From: Vicugna vicugna
Taxonomy: Eukaryota
Direction of reading: 5' to 3'
DNA: 64,000 nucleotides
NCBI GenBank assembly: GCA_013265495.1
Contig: MU058781.1
Location: 1,034,963 to 1,098,962, forward strand
A program made the position numbers and the translations under genes. Of this stretch, positions 50,243-63,790 are shown piece by piece; position 1 is the stretch's first letter; every line of letters starts with the position of its first letter. The notes under the pieces were generated by a model, which saw only the letters and a list, made by a program, of their open reading frames with translations, was not told the DNA's origin and ran no database searches.

Positions 50243-51559
50243 CTGGAATAAGACAAAGTTGTAAGAGCAGGTGAGAGTAGATGTGGCTCAGTGACCTGAG
50301 TCCAGAGCTGGCATGAGCACCACAGTTCAGCAAGCCCCAGCGGCCTGCAGTCCGGGCGGGTTTTCCTGTCTCGGAGATGAAGGTCGTCCAAGGCACGCAT
50401 TTATAATAGATACTTACTTCATCAAATTTGAGAATTGGGTCCAATGTGTAGCATCCTTCTACAATTGCCTTGTGTATCACTGTTGGAAATTCTCTGGTGA
50501 CTTTCTCATCTGTGCTCACAACCTGGCCCAACAGCTGAGGGCTCTGGAAACTGCAGCAAGGTTTAAAGCCACTGCACCGGTCACTACTGGCACCAAAAGG
50601 AGCTGAACTTGGCGATTTCCATTTAAAGTCTTCAAATACAGACACAGCTTTCCTTTTGTGATTTGAACTAGAACACTTAGATTTACGGTCTGGGATGTTG
50701 AATGGGGTGGTTTTGCGAAAAAACCGCAAATGTGAAACAATAGGAAAAGCCAACCTTCAAGGCTATTGCTACCGGGGAGATGTCTGAGGTGTGTATTTAT
50801 ATGTATTTTGTCTGTGGAAGAAACGTGTGTAACCAAATTCAAAATTCATGTTTTACTCAAACTATCCCCTAACTTATCATTCACATTCATGTTTCCAAAA
50901 CAGATGTTTGGCAAAACGACTCTATTTTCAATGACAAATATTAAAACTTTGATGTTGGAGATACCATTTGGTTAGGTGTAGAATATTGCAAATCTCCCAT
51001 AATCTCTCACAGGCGGGATTGAACACATTTAGGAAACGACTTCTATTACACGGGGAACAACCCAGGAGAGTCATGATTTTAATACAATTAGTCAGAGCAC
51101 AGATAAGCATGTAAGGGCTGGGCCTGGGGGTCCTTAAAAGGAAGACTAAGGTTGGGTGTTTATCAAGGCTAATGCTACCCGAGATTGTTTTTGATGATGT
51201 TCGATGATATAGAAACATTTCCATGAAAACTTAAGTTTCCAACAAAATCTGTCCCTTTTCTTCTCTTCAATTACCTGTCAGAGAACATGGTGCTTATGTC
51301 TCTCCAAATTTTCATAAATTGAAACCAGCTTCCTCTTGATTACCCTTGTGTAAGATCTTTATGGGAATTGTTTTCCCACATTTATTATGAACATTTTAAT
51401 AGAATGATAAAAAAAATAATAGAAGAATTTCAGAAAACAGCCACAGGAAGTACTGAAGATGTCGAAACATTTTCTACAAGCACAGAAAGAATCTGTTGGG
51501 ACATTTCAGGCTTGCAAAAGAAGAGTCAAAGGAACAGTTTAATAAGCCTAGGATTTTTC

Positions 51560-52360
51560 TTGACTCCTCTCTTGCACTTATGCCTCATATTCTGTCCATC
51601 AGGAAATCCTGTTGTCTCGCATATTCAAAATTCATCTACACTCTTAAAACTTCTCACTGCTTCTGTTAAATCTTCTGGTCCAACCCACAGTCATCTTCCC
51701 CGCGGAACCATGAACTAGCTGGTTTCCCTTTCTTTTTCCCTCTTTTCTTTCTCTCTCTTTCTTTCTCTCTCTCTTTCTCACGCTCTCTTTCTTTCTCCTT
51801 TTTAATTAAAGTATAGTTGATTTACAATGTTGTGTTAGTTTCTGGTTACAGCAAAGTCCCTGCTTCTTTCTCGGCCCCTCCCTCTGCTATTCTCAAACCA
51901 GCGGCCATGGTTGTCCTTTTAAGCTATGCCATGGTTCCACGTTTCATTCAGGATAAAAGACGACTCATCTCCTGTCTCTCTCTCATGTCACACTGACTTT
52001 GTTGGTGTTCCTGGAACCTACCAGGCATTGTCCCACCTCTGCCCCAGGGCTTTGCTCACAGGTCACTGCCTCAGTGAGACTCACCTTGACTAACCTATTT
52101 AAAAATTGTAAGCTACTCTTCAACACTCCCACACACGTACACACGCACACGAGTAGTTCCTTTCTATTGCTCCTTTCTATCCCCCATAGCACGTATTTCC
52201 GTCCATCACACCACGTAATTTACTTTCAACCATGATTACTGCCTGTCACCTCTCCCCCTCACTGGTACGCGAGCACCATGAAGGCAGGGTCTTTGTTGTC
52301 TCACTAATGTACTGTATCAGGAACAGTAACCAGTGCTCAACAAACCCCCAATGAATGCGC
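51560..52360. mobile_element. L2 remnant containing a CT-rich tract and a short antisense L1 tail (about 51795-51857)
   Basis: L2-like ctgttcctggaa..ccaggc..ccagggctttgc..; L1 3' terminus aagtatagttgatttacaatgttgtgttagtttctgg. Confidence 0.65.
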
Positions 52361-54359
52361 CATTTTCAGATGAATGGAAACTGATAGGAGGAGGAAGCTG
52401 GCTGACTGTCCTTCATGAGTGAGAAAACAAGAAATAAAGAGAAGTGTAAAAAAAGGAAAAGAGTAACAAAATTAGGAAACACTTTTTGGAGTAAAGGAGA
52501 ACAAAACTACTAGAATAAGCTACCTGCAGGAAACCTCTTTTGATCGACCAGGTGCTTTCTGAGAGAGAAAAAGGCTTCACCGGCTAGGAATCAGTAGGAA
52601 AAAAACAGAAACAAACAAACAAACAAAGCCCACAGGAAACATGGGGTAAAATCCCAATTTCTGTTCTTAATGAAAATTAGATTTGGCCACATATTTCTAC
52701 AGAGAGAGAGCTTTGCTACTCACTTGCTCCTCTCCTTCTCCAAAACGGTATCACTCACTCAGTGGAATACAACTTTACAACGTAGGGGTTTCCATCATTT
52801 CTGTCAGGGTGGGGCTTAACAGTGTCTATGGTATTACATTTTAAGCTATGAATAATTGAAAATAGCCTCTCCCAATAAGCTAAATGGAAAGTTCAAGTAC
52901 ATTGATTATTTACCAATTTTAGGGTGAGGGGGAGATCACATTTCCTGTTGCATGAAAATAAAATAACAAAAAAATTCCTTTGTTTCCATATACTTAGGAA
53001 GGTCCCTATTTAAGATTCCAGAGATACATGCAAATATTTTATCTGTTCACAAAGAAAAAAAACAAAACAAAACAAAACTAGTTTGACTTTAGGAGCCATT
53101 TTGTAGGTTTAAAAGGAGAAATTCTATATAAATTGTTACCAGTCTGGTGATGAATAGACCTCAGACGACAGAAAGATAAATTAATACCATCAATTATCAT
53201 TAAATTGCCACTTCACACTTAAGCATTATAAGTAACCAAATGAAAATTTAAGACAAACAAAATGAATTTTCAAAATTATATATGGCTTTTTTTTCAAGTG
53301 AGATTAATGTAGAAATTCAGATGTAGAAATGTAAATAATCATAAGTAGGGCAACCTGAATAATTCTACCAAACCAACAAATCCTTTATAATAAAAGAACT
53401 TTTTAATCAGTAATTTGCAGGTTATTTCTTTAGATTTCAAATCATCTTGGTCAGTATAAAAGCAATCCTAAATTTCTTCAAAAATCAAAGTTGTATCTAA
53501 GTAAGAAAACAAAATCATATTTTGAAAAATGTATAAAATAAAAGTCTGATTGTTATTATTTTAATACTTAAAGAGAGAACTCTCAATTTAGAGATATAAT
53601 TCAAAAACAATTTCAAATGTATTTTTTCATAATTTTTACATTTTAAATATTTATAGGTAGAGAACAGGTGAAGGAATAGCACAATAAACACCTTTATTCC
53701 CTTCCCCTAGATTGAAAAACTGTTGATATTTTGCCATATTTGCTTTATCTCCATATATACACACCTATGTATAAATTTTTATGTATTGATGGCCACCATA
53801 TTTTTGAACCTCACAATATAGTTTCCCCAAAGCAATAATCCCTTCCCTTCTTCTGTGCTAGACAACCATTCGACAAATACTTGTGTCTGTTAAGTTCCTT
53901 GTGCGAATGCCACAAACAAGATTTTTCCCTGCATTTAGAGGGCTTATGATCTACTGAATGAAGAAAAACACATAAACAAGTAGACAAACCTTAACATGTT
54001 AGCAGGTGCTCTGATAGATTTGTGTTGGAAACATGCAGAAGCAAGGAAGGGGTCAATCCAAACCAGGGGAAATAAGGAGGAGACAGTATCATGGAGGAGA
54101 CACAGAGAAACCCAACGGAATGGCAGCAGACTGGTTTTGCATATTTAGCCTGCAATGCACATCTTCTAATGAAGCAAGTGAGACTGACACCGTTTTGTCA
54201 TTCCCTGCATCATCCTCCCTGCGTCTGCTGTTCCTTTCACCTCCCAGCTGGGTGCATTAAGGTCCGTCTGCTGTGTATAGATAGCTTCCTGATTCATGGC
54301 AAATCAAGGCAAGACAGGAAGTACAGCAACGACTACACTGTTTCAAATTAAATTCTAGA

Positions 54360-55215
54360 TCAGTGGTTATCAAAATTTTATTCAGACAGCTCTAAAAATA
54401 CTAATACCAATAAGAGGTTCCTCTCCTAGAGATTTTGATTTCATTGGTCTGATGTAAGATTATTCCAGAACTATAAAATGAAGTCAAGGCTTCACACCAC
54501 TGACATATCACAGTAATTGTACCACTTGTATGATTCTCCAACTTTAAAATGCATGCAGATTGTGTGGAGATCTTGTTAAAATAAAGATTCTGGTTCTGGA
54601 GCATGGCCCGAGATTCTGTTTTTCTAACAAGCATCCAGGTGATGCTCTGCTGCTGGTCTGAGGACCCCAGTTTGAGTAGCAAGATTCTGGATCATAGCAC
54701 TGACCACAACTGCTAGTCCCTCAGCTGACACAATGTCTCTTCAACCTAGGGCCTAACTAGTGAGCCCACCATGCCTGTTTACCCCAAGTTGCAAATCCTC
54801 CTTTCTCCTCCACAGTTTACCTAGTCTAGTGGTACTTAAAATGCCACCCCAAATCAGCAGTATCACTATGAGCTGGAAATTAGTGAGAAATTCAAATTCT
54901 CTCAGGACTTATACCCCAGACCTAATAAATCAGAAATTCTGGAGGTGGGAGCAACCATCTGTATTTTAATATTCAAGTGATGCTGGCCTAGGCTGTTATG
55001 TTTGGGGATATTCCTTGCTTCCCTTTTCGTATTTCTGACCATCTGCTCTAAATCAGTGATTCTACCTGATTTCATTTTGGAATCACTTAGAGAATCTTTC
55101 TAACATGCCTATACCCCTCCCCTGAAACTCTAGGAGAAAGTCAAGTTATGAAAATATTCTCATGAAAGCTTCCCAAGTGATTCTAAGATCCAATTCGGGT
55201 GGAGAATCATTGTCC
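54360..55215. mobile_element. Cluster of about four MER5-like hAT fragments
   Basis: Repeated cagtggtt.tcaaa, tttctaacaagcatccaggtgatgct, aatcagaaattctggaggtggg and cccaagtgattctaa motifs. Confidence 0.65.
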
Positions 55216-55604
55216 TAACAAAATACCCAGGTGGTCTCTTGTATGGAGTCCTTTCCTTTGGCCAATCTCTATTTCTGGAATCTAACTACTCATGAACGTA
55301 TTTCCCAGATTATCTACTCTTTCCCTCTCCCAATACTGTTGGCTGATTTCTGAATTCCCTTCCACGGTACTTCTCAGTGAATATTACAGGGACATGACTC
55401 AAGAACACTCAGAATCCTTTTTGCCCTTTTTGCTTAATTTAAGATTTGGTCATCTGATTCAAAAAATTTCATAAATGTATGCCTATTCATTTAACTCATC
55501 AATTTCCAAACACTGCTTTTTTTGTTTGTTTTGACTACTTTTTAAGGCATCAAACAGCCCTCTGGCTGCTTTAGTGCAAGGGAAGGCCCCACGTGGCCTC
55601 TCAC

Positions 55605-55877
55605 ATGTTCAGCATTTCCTGACTCCTTGTCTTTCCCGTCTGGAGCCCCAGAAATAGGGCTCATATTTCAGTTCATTTCCTCCTGCCTTCTGAAGTGGAG
55701 AATTTAAGACGAGGATTTCAGGGCCACCTGAACCAGAACCACCTTGGGGGGGCTGCAAGTGCCCATGCCACAGTTTATCCAAAATTCCTGAGTAGAACCC
55801 AGAGATATGCAAAACCTCCTGGATGATTTGAAACACACCAAAGTCTGGAACCCCTACTTTAAAGGCAAGTATTCCAT
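55605..55877 (-). other. Candidate internal exon of the transcript starting at the 56 kb island
   Basis: Strong acceptor ctttcctttgccctactag and donor CAT|gtgaga; unique sequence. Confidence 0.5.
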
Positions 55878-56029
55878 CTAGTAGGGCAAAGGAAAGCACA
55901 CGATAGGGATGGAAATACGCCGCGGGTAGTGCGCAGCTCCCTCCGGTGAAGAGGCACCAGAATATTCCTGGAGCGTTTGGACAAATGCAGACAGTGAGGC
56001 GGGGAGAAGGGAACAGGGGAGGAGGCTAA

Positions 56030-56470
56030 AACAGATGCGGAGCCACAGGCGTCTCGGCACCCCACGGCCTCATCTCCTGGCACTGCAGCAGGGCTACCCG
56101 GGACGTCCAGCGCGGGAAAGGCAGGGGAGGCGACCCTCGCGCTGAGACGCCAGGTCTGCGGCCAACACCGAGGGCCCCCTGGGCCGGCGCGCCTCGGAGA
56201 CACTGGGGTGAGTGCAGGGACCCCAGAGCAGTGCTGGGAAGGCGCCCTGAGCCCCCCGCCCAGGCCCGGGGCCGAGGGCCCTCGCCGCCCCTACCTTCGC
56301 CTTCCCGCCCGACAGCCGAGGGGCAGACAAGACCCACAATCCCAGGCGGCCGCCGCGGCCACCAGCTCGCATGCGCAGACGCGCCGGCCGCCGTCAGAAC
56401 CGGGAGCGCGCGGCGATGACGTCACTGGCCTCCGCCCAAGCACTGCTTTTCACAAGGATTCCATTGGTCT
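56030..56470 (-). promoter_or_regulatory. CpG-island promoter with CRE, NRF1-like and CCAAT motifs
   Basis: TGACGTCA at 56417-56424, CGCATGCGCA at 56368-56377, CCAAT (minus) at 56463-56467, and a minus-strand first-exon donor AAG|gtaggg at 56295/56294. Confidence 0.75.
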
Positions 56471-56785
56471 GATCAGGGGCTGTCTGTCTCGTTGCAGAGG
56501 TGGTGCTAGAATCAGATCTTGGAGGGGGGGCCTCTGAGAAAGTTGGTCTTCACACAGACTAGTAACCCATGGAATAGACAGGCTCCACGTCTCAAAGTCA
56601 CCATCTGGCCTGGCCCCCAAATGGATCCCTGCAGGTTCCCAGTGAAATGGGCTTGGCCTTGAACATCCACAAGCATTGATTAAGTCTCAACAAGTGAAAA
56701 GGTGGGAGTACAAGCCTCTCTGACGGAGCTAAGCGTGGTCCCAATCCGCATTGAGGGGGACCACGCTTTCAGAAGTTGGGCTGGT

Positions 56786-56826
<41 letters not shown>

Positions 56827-57152
56827 ACACACAGATCCAAATAAGAAGCTAAGAGCCAATTCTTTTCTTTCACGCATAGCATTGTGTAAACTCCAAATGC
56901 TCTGCTAAATAAATCATATTGCATCAACCAGGTTTGTAGCTAAGACCTGCAGGCTTTAATTACTTTAAGGGGAACGTCTGGTGTCCAAAGAAGTTCTCAT
57001 TACAAACTGGCATTTGCTCTAGGGTGGAAGGAGGCCCGGGAATGAGGGGGTCTTGGGGTTCCTTTACCAAATCAAATCTGTTCACTCCTCCTAGTGACAA
57101 GACTGGTGATCTACATAACTAATATAAGCTCACATAGAAGTAAACATGAAAT

Positions 57153-57271
57153 GAATGCAACAATGAATATATGTGTGTTCACATATAATTAAAAAATTGT
57201 GCTCTACACTGACAATTGACACAACATTGTAAACTGACTATAACTCAATTTTAAAAAATGAGGAAAATAAA
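57153..57271 (+). mobile_element. 5'-truncated L1 tail with 17-bp target-site duplication
   Basis: gacacaacattgtaaactgactataactcaa plus A-rich tail; TSD agaagtaaacatgaaat (57136-57152) and agaagtaaatatgaaat (57272-57288). Confidence 0.8.
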
Positions 57272-59689
57272 AGAAGTAAATATGAAATAATTAAACAGGA
57301 AGCCTTGAACTAGGCATCGTGTGAGGAGGGGAAAAAAGAGAAAAGAATTAATATTTACATCTTACGTAAACTCTCTGATATCCTCGTGCAGGACACACAA
57401 CACACAGGGTTATTGAATGAGAACTGTTAAGCAAAGTGAAGCAGGATACACATGACCCATTATCAAAAGATAAATGACATCAAGATTTGGGAAAACATTA
57501 ATATCTGCAGTATCTCTTGCTTAAAGGCTTCCTGTCTAGAAATTATGAAATTATACTTGCTTGCTTTTTAATGATTGATTAAGGAATTAAGTTAAAATGA
57601 ACAGTAAACCCCTGACCTGAAGTTTTCTGCATCAGGAAAACAAGTTCTGTCTGGATGTCAGCGCTGATCCTTCCTTCAGTGATGAGTCATGGTTGGATGT
57701 CACCAAGGGTCCACAGCTGAGGCTTCATTCTTAGTAAGTCTGTACCTTCTAAATGCGGGACTTTAGCACAGAGCTTGTCTGTAGGTCATAGGCAGACATC
57801 TACAGGGCCACTGTCACCACCAAGTGAGCCTGCTCAGGGGTCTTTTTTCCTCCCCAAGACAGGAAAAATCACACATTTGCCAACAACTGATGTCAGAGTG
57901 AGTAATACTGTGTATAATAGGAATCCTGAAAGAAACACCCAAAACCCTTTGGGTTTTGTCTGTCTCATCATCTCCTGGAACTTCCATTGCATCATAATTT
58001 TCTTTTAAGTTAAGCAAGACCCAGCACATGGAGAGGAGGCAGCTGGAAATTTTACTATTGTCCCCAGATACAGCCCTTTGAGGAAGGCATTGAATGGCAT
58101 CTCCATTAGTGCAGAGAAGGAAAGACACACTAGAAGAGGCTGATTTCCTGATTATTGCTGCAGGCAGTGAGTATCAGAAGTTGAGAACTCCAGGCAGTTC
58201 ATTCCATGTATATGCTCTTGGTACTTTCCTGCACCCCTATCATGGGAGTAGTGCCCATTGGATATGGACAAATATAAACTGTAAAGTGCCTTGGGTCCTG
58301 AATTCAGAAATATACCATAGGCCAATGGAAAATCGGAAAAATGGGAAAAGAAGGGAACTCAGGACAGTAATTCCTAGCAATATTGTAGCTGATAATCAAA
58401 AGGGAAAGGACTGGTTTTTACTAACAGAACCAGGCTGGAGGGATAAAAAAATTCGTAGTTCATTTTGTCTTGAAGTTTCAGTCATTTCCAGGTAATTTTT
58501 TTTACTGTTACTGTTAAGTATTAATAAAAATCTATACCTGAACCATGTAGACTCAACTGAAGTTTTCCTTCAAGAGCCAACAGTACTAGGAAGCAAGCCT
58601 TAAGAAACGGGGCTGGAATACAGCCTGAGCCCCTTGGGCTGAGCGCTGCTGGGCAGCCTGACCTACCTTCCCTTGGGCCCCAGGAGTGATACCGACAGAT
58701 GAAAGGCCTAAGGAAGGACCAGTCTTACCAACACAACTCTTGGTTTTTGAATTTCATTTTCACGTCTGTCTGACAGAGGATGCAGGGACTGCTTGCCATA
58801 GATAAGTGTTTGTGTTTTCTCATTCTTATAGTTATGGGAAAGGTGCAAAAAGGTATAGAAAATAAGTACAATTTTTTTTAAACTGTAAAGTTTGAAAGCT
58901 GGATGGAATTTGGCTGGCCATCCTGCATTTTGAAAACTCATTATTTTGGCTCCAAAATTAGGAAAGCCTGTTTTAGTTTCTGAAATAAACATAATTAATT
59001 TTTGTAACTGCAAAGCAGTTTAAAAATCATTTCAAAGGCTTGACAAGTTTAACCCAACTTCCTAAAAACCATTCTGTCACCCAAGGGCAGTGCAACAGAA
59101 CAGAGGAACAAAATGTGCATAAAATGTTTCATTAAACAAGTGCAATTGGCAAGACTCTTTCTCCACCACCTCCCAGCACCAGGCACGCCCTCCAAACAAG
59201 GCAGACAATAAATAGGAACAACATGGAAAGGCTCTGCTCATGCCACACATCTGTTCACTTAGTTGGGTCATGTTTTATATTTAGGCATAACGAGTTTGGA
59301 TTGTCTTCATGTACAGTGAGAGCAGCGCAATGAATGTTGTTTGAACTCTGAATTGTATAAATACGGAGACATGTTGATTTGAGAAGAGAAAACAAGGCAT
59401 GTGAAAATTGGCAAAGTACCCATTTTAGGAATTATAGATAGTCTTCTTCAAAAAAAATAGACAAGAAACTCAACTGACAGACCACCCACAAAGTACCATT
59501 AGGATCTAAACAACGTGAAAAAAAAAAAGGCAACGTGCTCTAGCCAGTACAATTTTTGAAAGCATTAACTTTAAAAAGCGTTTAGTTTAATCCAGGTCCC
59601 TAAAATTACAGACTCCTTTTGGATATTCAGCAGAAGGCTCCTCACATATGTGAAATGAACTGGGATAATTAGAAAAAGATGATCATAGT

Positions 59690-59920
59690 AATAGTTGCTA
59701 TTAGGACGCCTTCTATGGAAGCGTCACGTGTGTTATCTTATGTCATCCTATAAAATAAACCCCATAAAATAAATGTTAAATGAAATATGTCCTCATTTTT
59801 CAGATAAAGAAGCTGAGGCTAAAAAACTAAATAAATTGAACAAAATTCACATAGCAAGACCAGCCGTGGAGGCTGGATTCAAACTCAGGCCCACCTGTTT
59901 CTTAAGATATGTGGCCTTGT
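59690..59920. mobile_element. MIR SINE
   Basis: cctcatttttcagataaagaagctgaggct...ggattcaaactcagg. Confidence 0.65.
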
Positions 59921-62087
59921 CACCACAGTCCACTGACATTAAATAACTCCTTTCTACAGTAGGTTTAATTGGCTTCCAATGAATCAAATTCATTATTAAC
60001 AATAAAAAAAAAGAACACATAACCCCAAATAAGGACTCAGTTCCTAGAAGAAGAGATTTCATAGATATGATCTTCCAAGGAAACAAATAAGCAATTAAAT
60101 TAGGCAAATGTGCACTCAATTTAAAAGAAACAAAAAGAGGAAAACGTCCAACAATAATGCAAAATAAATCCGTCCCAAGCAATGAGGAAGTCATGAACAG
60201 AGTAATCCGAGTGTTTTCTCTCTATGGAGCTCGCAGTCTGCAGAAGTCATAAGTCTTCCTGTCTCATTAAATACGGGGAAATGCCCTTTGCCCCGCGTAT
60301 TTCACTGATGGGCCTTTTCGCTTTCCCGCTGTTCTTGATGGCTCATTCACTGTATATCACAAATTTCCTTTTATATGTGTAGATCATTGCGATGACTTCT
60401 AAGCGTCTCACAGGAGGCAAGTATGTCTTGCACTTCTCTGTATGCCTCCGAATGCCTTGCACCTAATAAATGCTCACCTAATTTTTGGTTTAATGCAGGG
60501 CAAGACTTCTGCCACAAAGATGATCTAGACTCACAAATTTGACTAAAATGTAAGATGGAAACATTCTGGCTACCTGGGAAACCTCTGAGGCGTTATGCAA
60601 TGCAGCTTGTATTTGCAGCTCAGAGTGTCCAGGACTTTACAATGGACGTCATCCTTTTCCCCTTGAATAGGCAGACCATTGTGTTTGTGAGCAATAGGTA
60701 CAGGTGAAGCTTGCTTTTTATATTGCGTTTTTCCAAAGTTGTATTTCATTTTAATTTTTCTGCCACTCAAGAATTCCTCAAGGAACCTCTAAAGGGCACA
60801 ACAGATTACAGGCTCTGTTGCAAACCAGGAAAGATGGTGGCTGAATTGGTAGAAAGAAGGGAATGGATCAAAGCTTGGAAAATATTGCCATAAATAATAA
60901 ATCCAGGGAGAGTGAACCTTTCAGCCTCGTAAATCAGAGCCACTAGAAAAGCAAAAATGGACCCAAAACAGGAAAGATGCAGCAAAGGGACCAAGACATT
61001 AAGATTTGTAAGTGAGAGTTAAGATTTAAGGTGTTCTATAAACGTTTATTGAGTGACTAAAGGAATGAATTCATACGCCCGGAGTCCCCGCACTTCATTG
61101 AGCTTGAGAGAGTGGAAACATAATGATAGGATAGTAAAAGGGGATTGAAGGTCAGAGTTAAGAGGCACTTAAAGGATACAATTAAGTTAAAACAACCAAG
61201 AGTTCTTTGGGAGCTGTACGGAAAACCTGAACACTGTTGCATGGCTTTTGAAAACTCCCAAGAAGTTTTGGACAATGTTGGCTACCCAGCAACACATCAG
61301 AGTGATGGTCACACCGTGCCTCTCAGAATCATCCAGGTGGCCGGATGGAAAGAGGGCGCTCCACTTAGCAAACTATTTCACCAGCTGTCTCTGTGTGTGA
61401 ATTCTGAAGCTGCCAAACCGTACACGAATGGCACGTTGGCCTCGACCGCCACACAGGCACAGTCAGCCACTGACTACAGCAGATGTGCTGTGTTCGCACA
61501 ATATCCACAGTGGCTAGAGGGCAGCTCCCTTCCCCCGAGGATGCTGGGTGCACCAGCTGCTGGTGACAGCAATAGAATCAGATAGGTTCTGCCCTGTAGT
61601 TTCTAAGTGCTGCCTGCTTTTAAAAGGCAGAGCCTCCAAATGATACAGGAGCTAACAAGTTTGCAAAGGAAATGCATTTGCAATATGAAAACCAGAGCAG
61701 CTGGATATCCAACTGTGTAAAGAAATACAGAGGGCTCTTCTTTTCCCTCAAATTGATATTACTCACCCACGTTTTATAGAGTTGAAAGCATATGCTTAAG
61801 TGTCATTACTCAACAACTCAGACCGATTTCCACATCACAGCCACGTAAATGGGATATTCAGTTCCACCTAGGCGGTGACTGTATGACTCCTTTGCTAGGG
61901 TATTCCTGATGAGTATTATAAACCAATGGATCTGGAGGTGATATCTTTAAATTAATTTGTAAAATGAAATGTTTCATACGTACAAATATACATGACACTA
62001 TACAGAAAGTATATAAAGCAATGTCAAATACTCATCACCCAGGTAAAGAAAAGAACCAGTACCCTTCAAATGCCTTCTTCCTTCCCC

Positions 62088-62262
62088 CAGGACTGGCTAA
62101 ATAATTTGAAGAACCCAATGCAAATAAAAATGCAAGGTCCCTTGTTCAAAATTATCAAGAATTTAAAGATGCAAATAGCAAAGCATTAAGCCAAGCATAG
62201 GGTCTTCTAAACACAGGGCCCTGTGTGACTGCACAGGTCATGTGTCCATGAAACTTGTCCTG
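62088..62262 (-). mobile_element. MER45A-like hAT-Tip100 element
   Basis: cagg..cctg termini; gggccctgtgtgactgcacaggtc and cccttgttcaaaatt match the recalled consensus. Confidence 0.8.
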
Positions 62263-62269
62263 GGGGTTC

Positions 62270-63790
62270 CTCTGTCACCACCCAAACAGAATCACTGCGC
62301 TGAATTTTCTAGATGTGAATTCCCTAGTCTTTGTAGGCTTTATTACATGTGGGTTAATTCAATATATTTTGCTTTTCATATGTTTGATTTATAAACATGC
62401 TATATATCCAGTATGATGTTTTTCAGCTTCCTCCATGTTGATCTGTGTGGTTGTCACTCATTTTCACTGCTTACATTTTGCCAATTAATTTACATGGGAC
62501 AATGTATTTAAACATTTTCCTATTGAAGGGCATTTGGATTGTGTCCAGTTTTCTTGGTTGGTTTGTTCGTTTGTTTGTTTGTTTCTATAAGTAACGATGC
62601 TTCCAGGAACACTTTTACACTTGTCTCCCAGAGCACATGTGCAGAAATCCCGTATGTTTTAAGTGTGTCTCTTGTGAAAATCATAGAACTACATCTTATT
62701 TTTATCTAACCTGACAGTATATCTTGCTTCTGATGAAAATGGTCCATTGACATATACTGTGTGATATATTTTGGTTCATTTCTATCATATTATACTGTGC
62801 TTTCTATTCTTCTCACTTTGCCCATGCTTTTTACCCTCTCTTTTTATTTCAGTTTTTCTCTACTGCTTTAACGGAATTCTTTTCTCTTTTGCCCTTAGAG
62901 TTGTAGCAGACCTGCATGTCAGAGTTGAAGGTTAATTGTTAATCTTAAGTCTCCAGCCAAACAATGCAGAAACCATAGAATGTTTTTACCTCTTGCCTAC
63001 CCTCCTCCAAACTTATAAGCTATTGTCATATGGTATTTTAGTTCTGTCTTGTAGTTTTGCCCCACAAATTAGGCATTGTTAGTATTATATTATGCTGACT
63101 TTATCGACATGTTTATCAATTTCTTTGCCCATCTTCCTTCTTGTAGCTCAGACATGCCTTCTGGAGTAATTTTTATTCCTCCTGAAGTATAGTTTTTAAA
63201 AGTTCTTTCATTTAGACTCTTACGGTGGTAAACTCTCAGTTTTCATCTAAAGATGTGTTTTGTTTGGGGTTTTTGGAATACTTGTTTTACTTGCTAACAA
63301 ATACTGTGTCTCAATGCAGCACCCGTGGTTGCTATCAGTCTAATCATTGTTCCTCTCTTTTCTCTCTGAGCCATATTAAAATCCTCCCTCTGTTTGGTGC
63401 TCCCCAATGCCACTGCAGTGTATGTTGAGGTGTAGATTTCCCTTCATTTCTCTTGCTTGTAATAGTTCATGCTTCTAGTCTCTGATGATTCAAGTCTATA
63501 ATCAATTCTGAAAACATCTCAATCTCCATGTATCCAAATACTGCTTCTCCTCATTCTCCCTATTGTCTCCTTCTGGAACTCAGATTAAAAATGCCACATC
63601 TCCTCGTCATATCCTCTATTTCTCTTAACCTCGATTTTATATTCTCAGTCTCCTTGTTCTATGTGCTGTGTTCTGCTTTATTTCTGTATATTTATCTTCC
63701 TATCTACTAATTCTCTCTTTGGCTCTGTCTAATTACTGCTAAATCATTCATGAAATTTCTTATCTCAAATTTTTCATTTTTGAGTTTTAT
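62270..63790 (-). mobile_element. Old L1ME/L1M antisense fragments
   Basis: T-rich L1 antisense motifs: gggcatttggattgtgtccagttt, ggtaaactctcagtttt, caaatactgcttct..cattctc. Confidence 0.7.

Noticed and set aside
50151..50753. 200-aa minus-strand ORF as a single-exon gene
   Set aside because: It starts at TTG, runs through apparent splice sites and an intron-like stretch, and has no recognisable domain. Kept only as part of the candidate spliced leader.
61145..61585. 146-aa plus-strand ORF
   Set aside because: TTG start, no recognisable domain and no clear splice boundaries.
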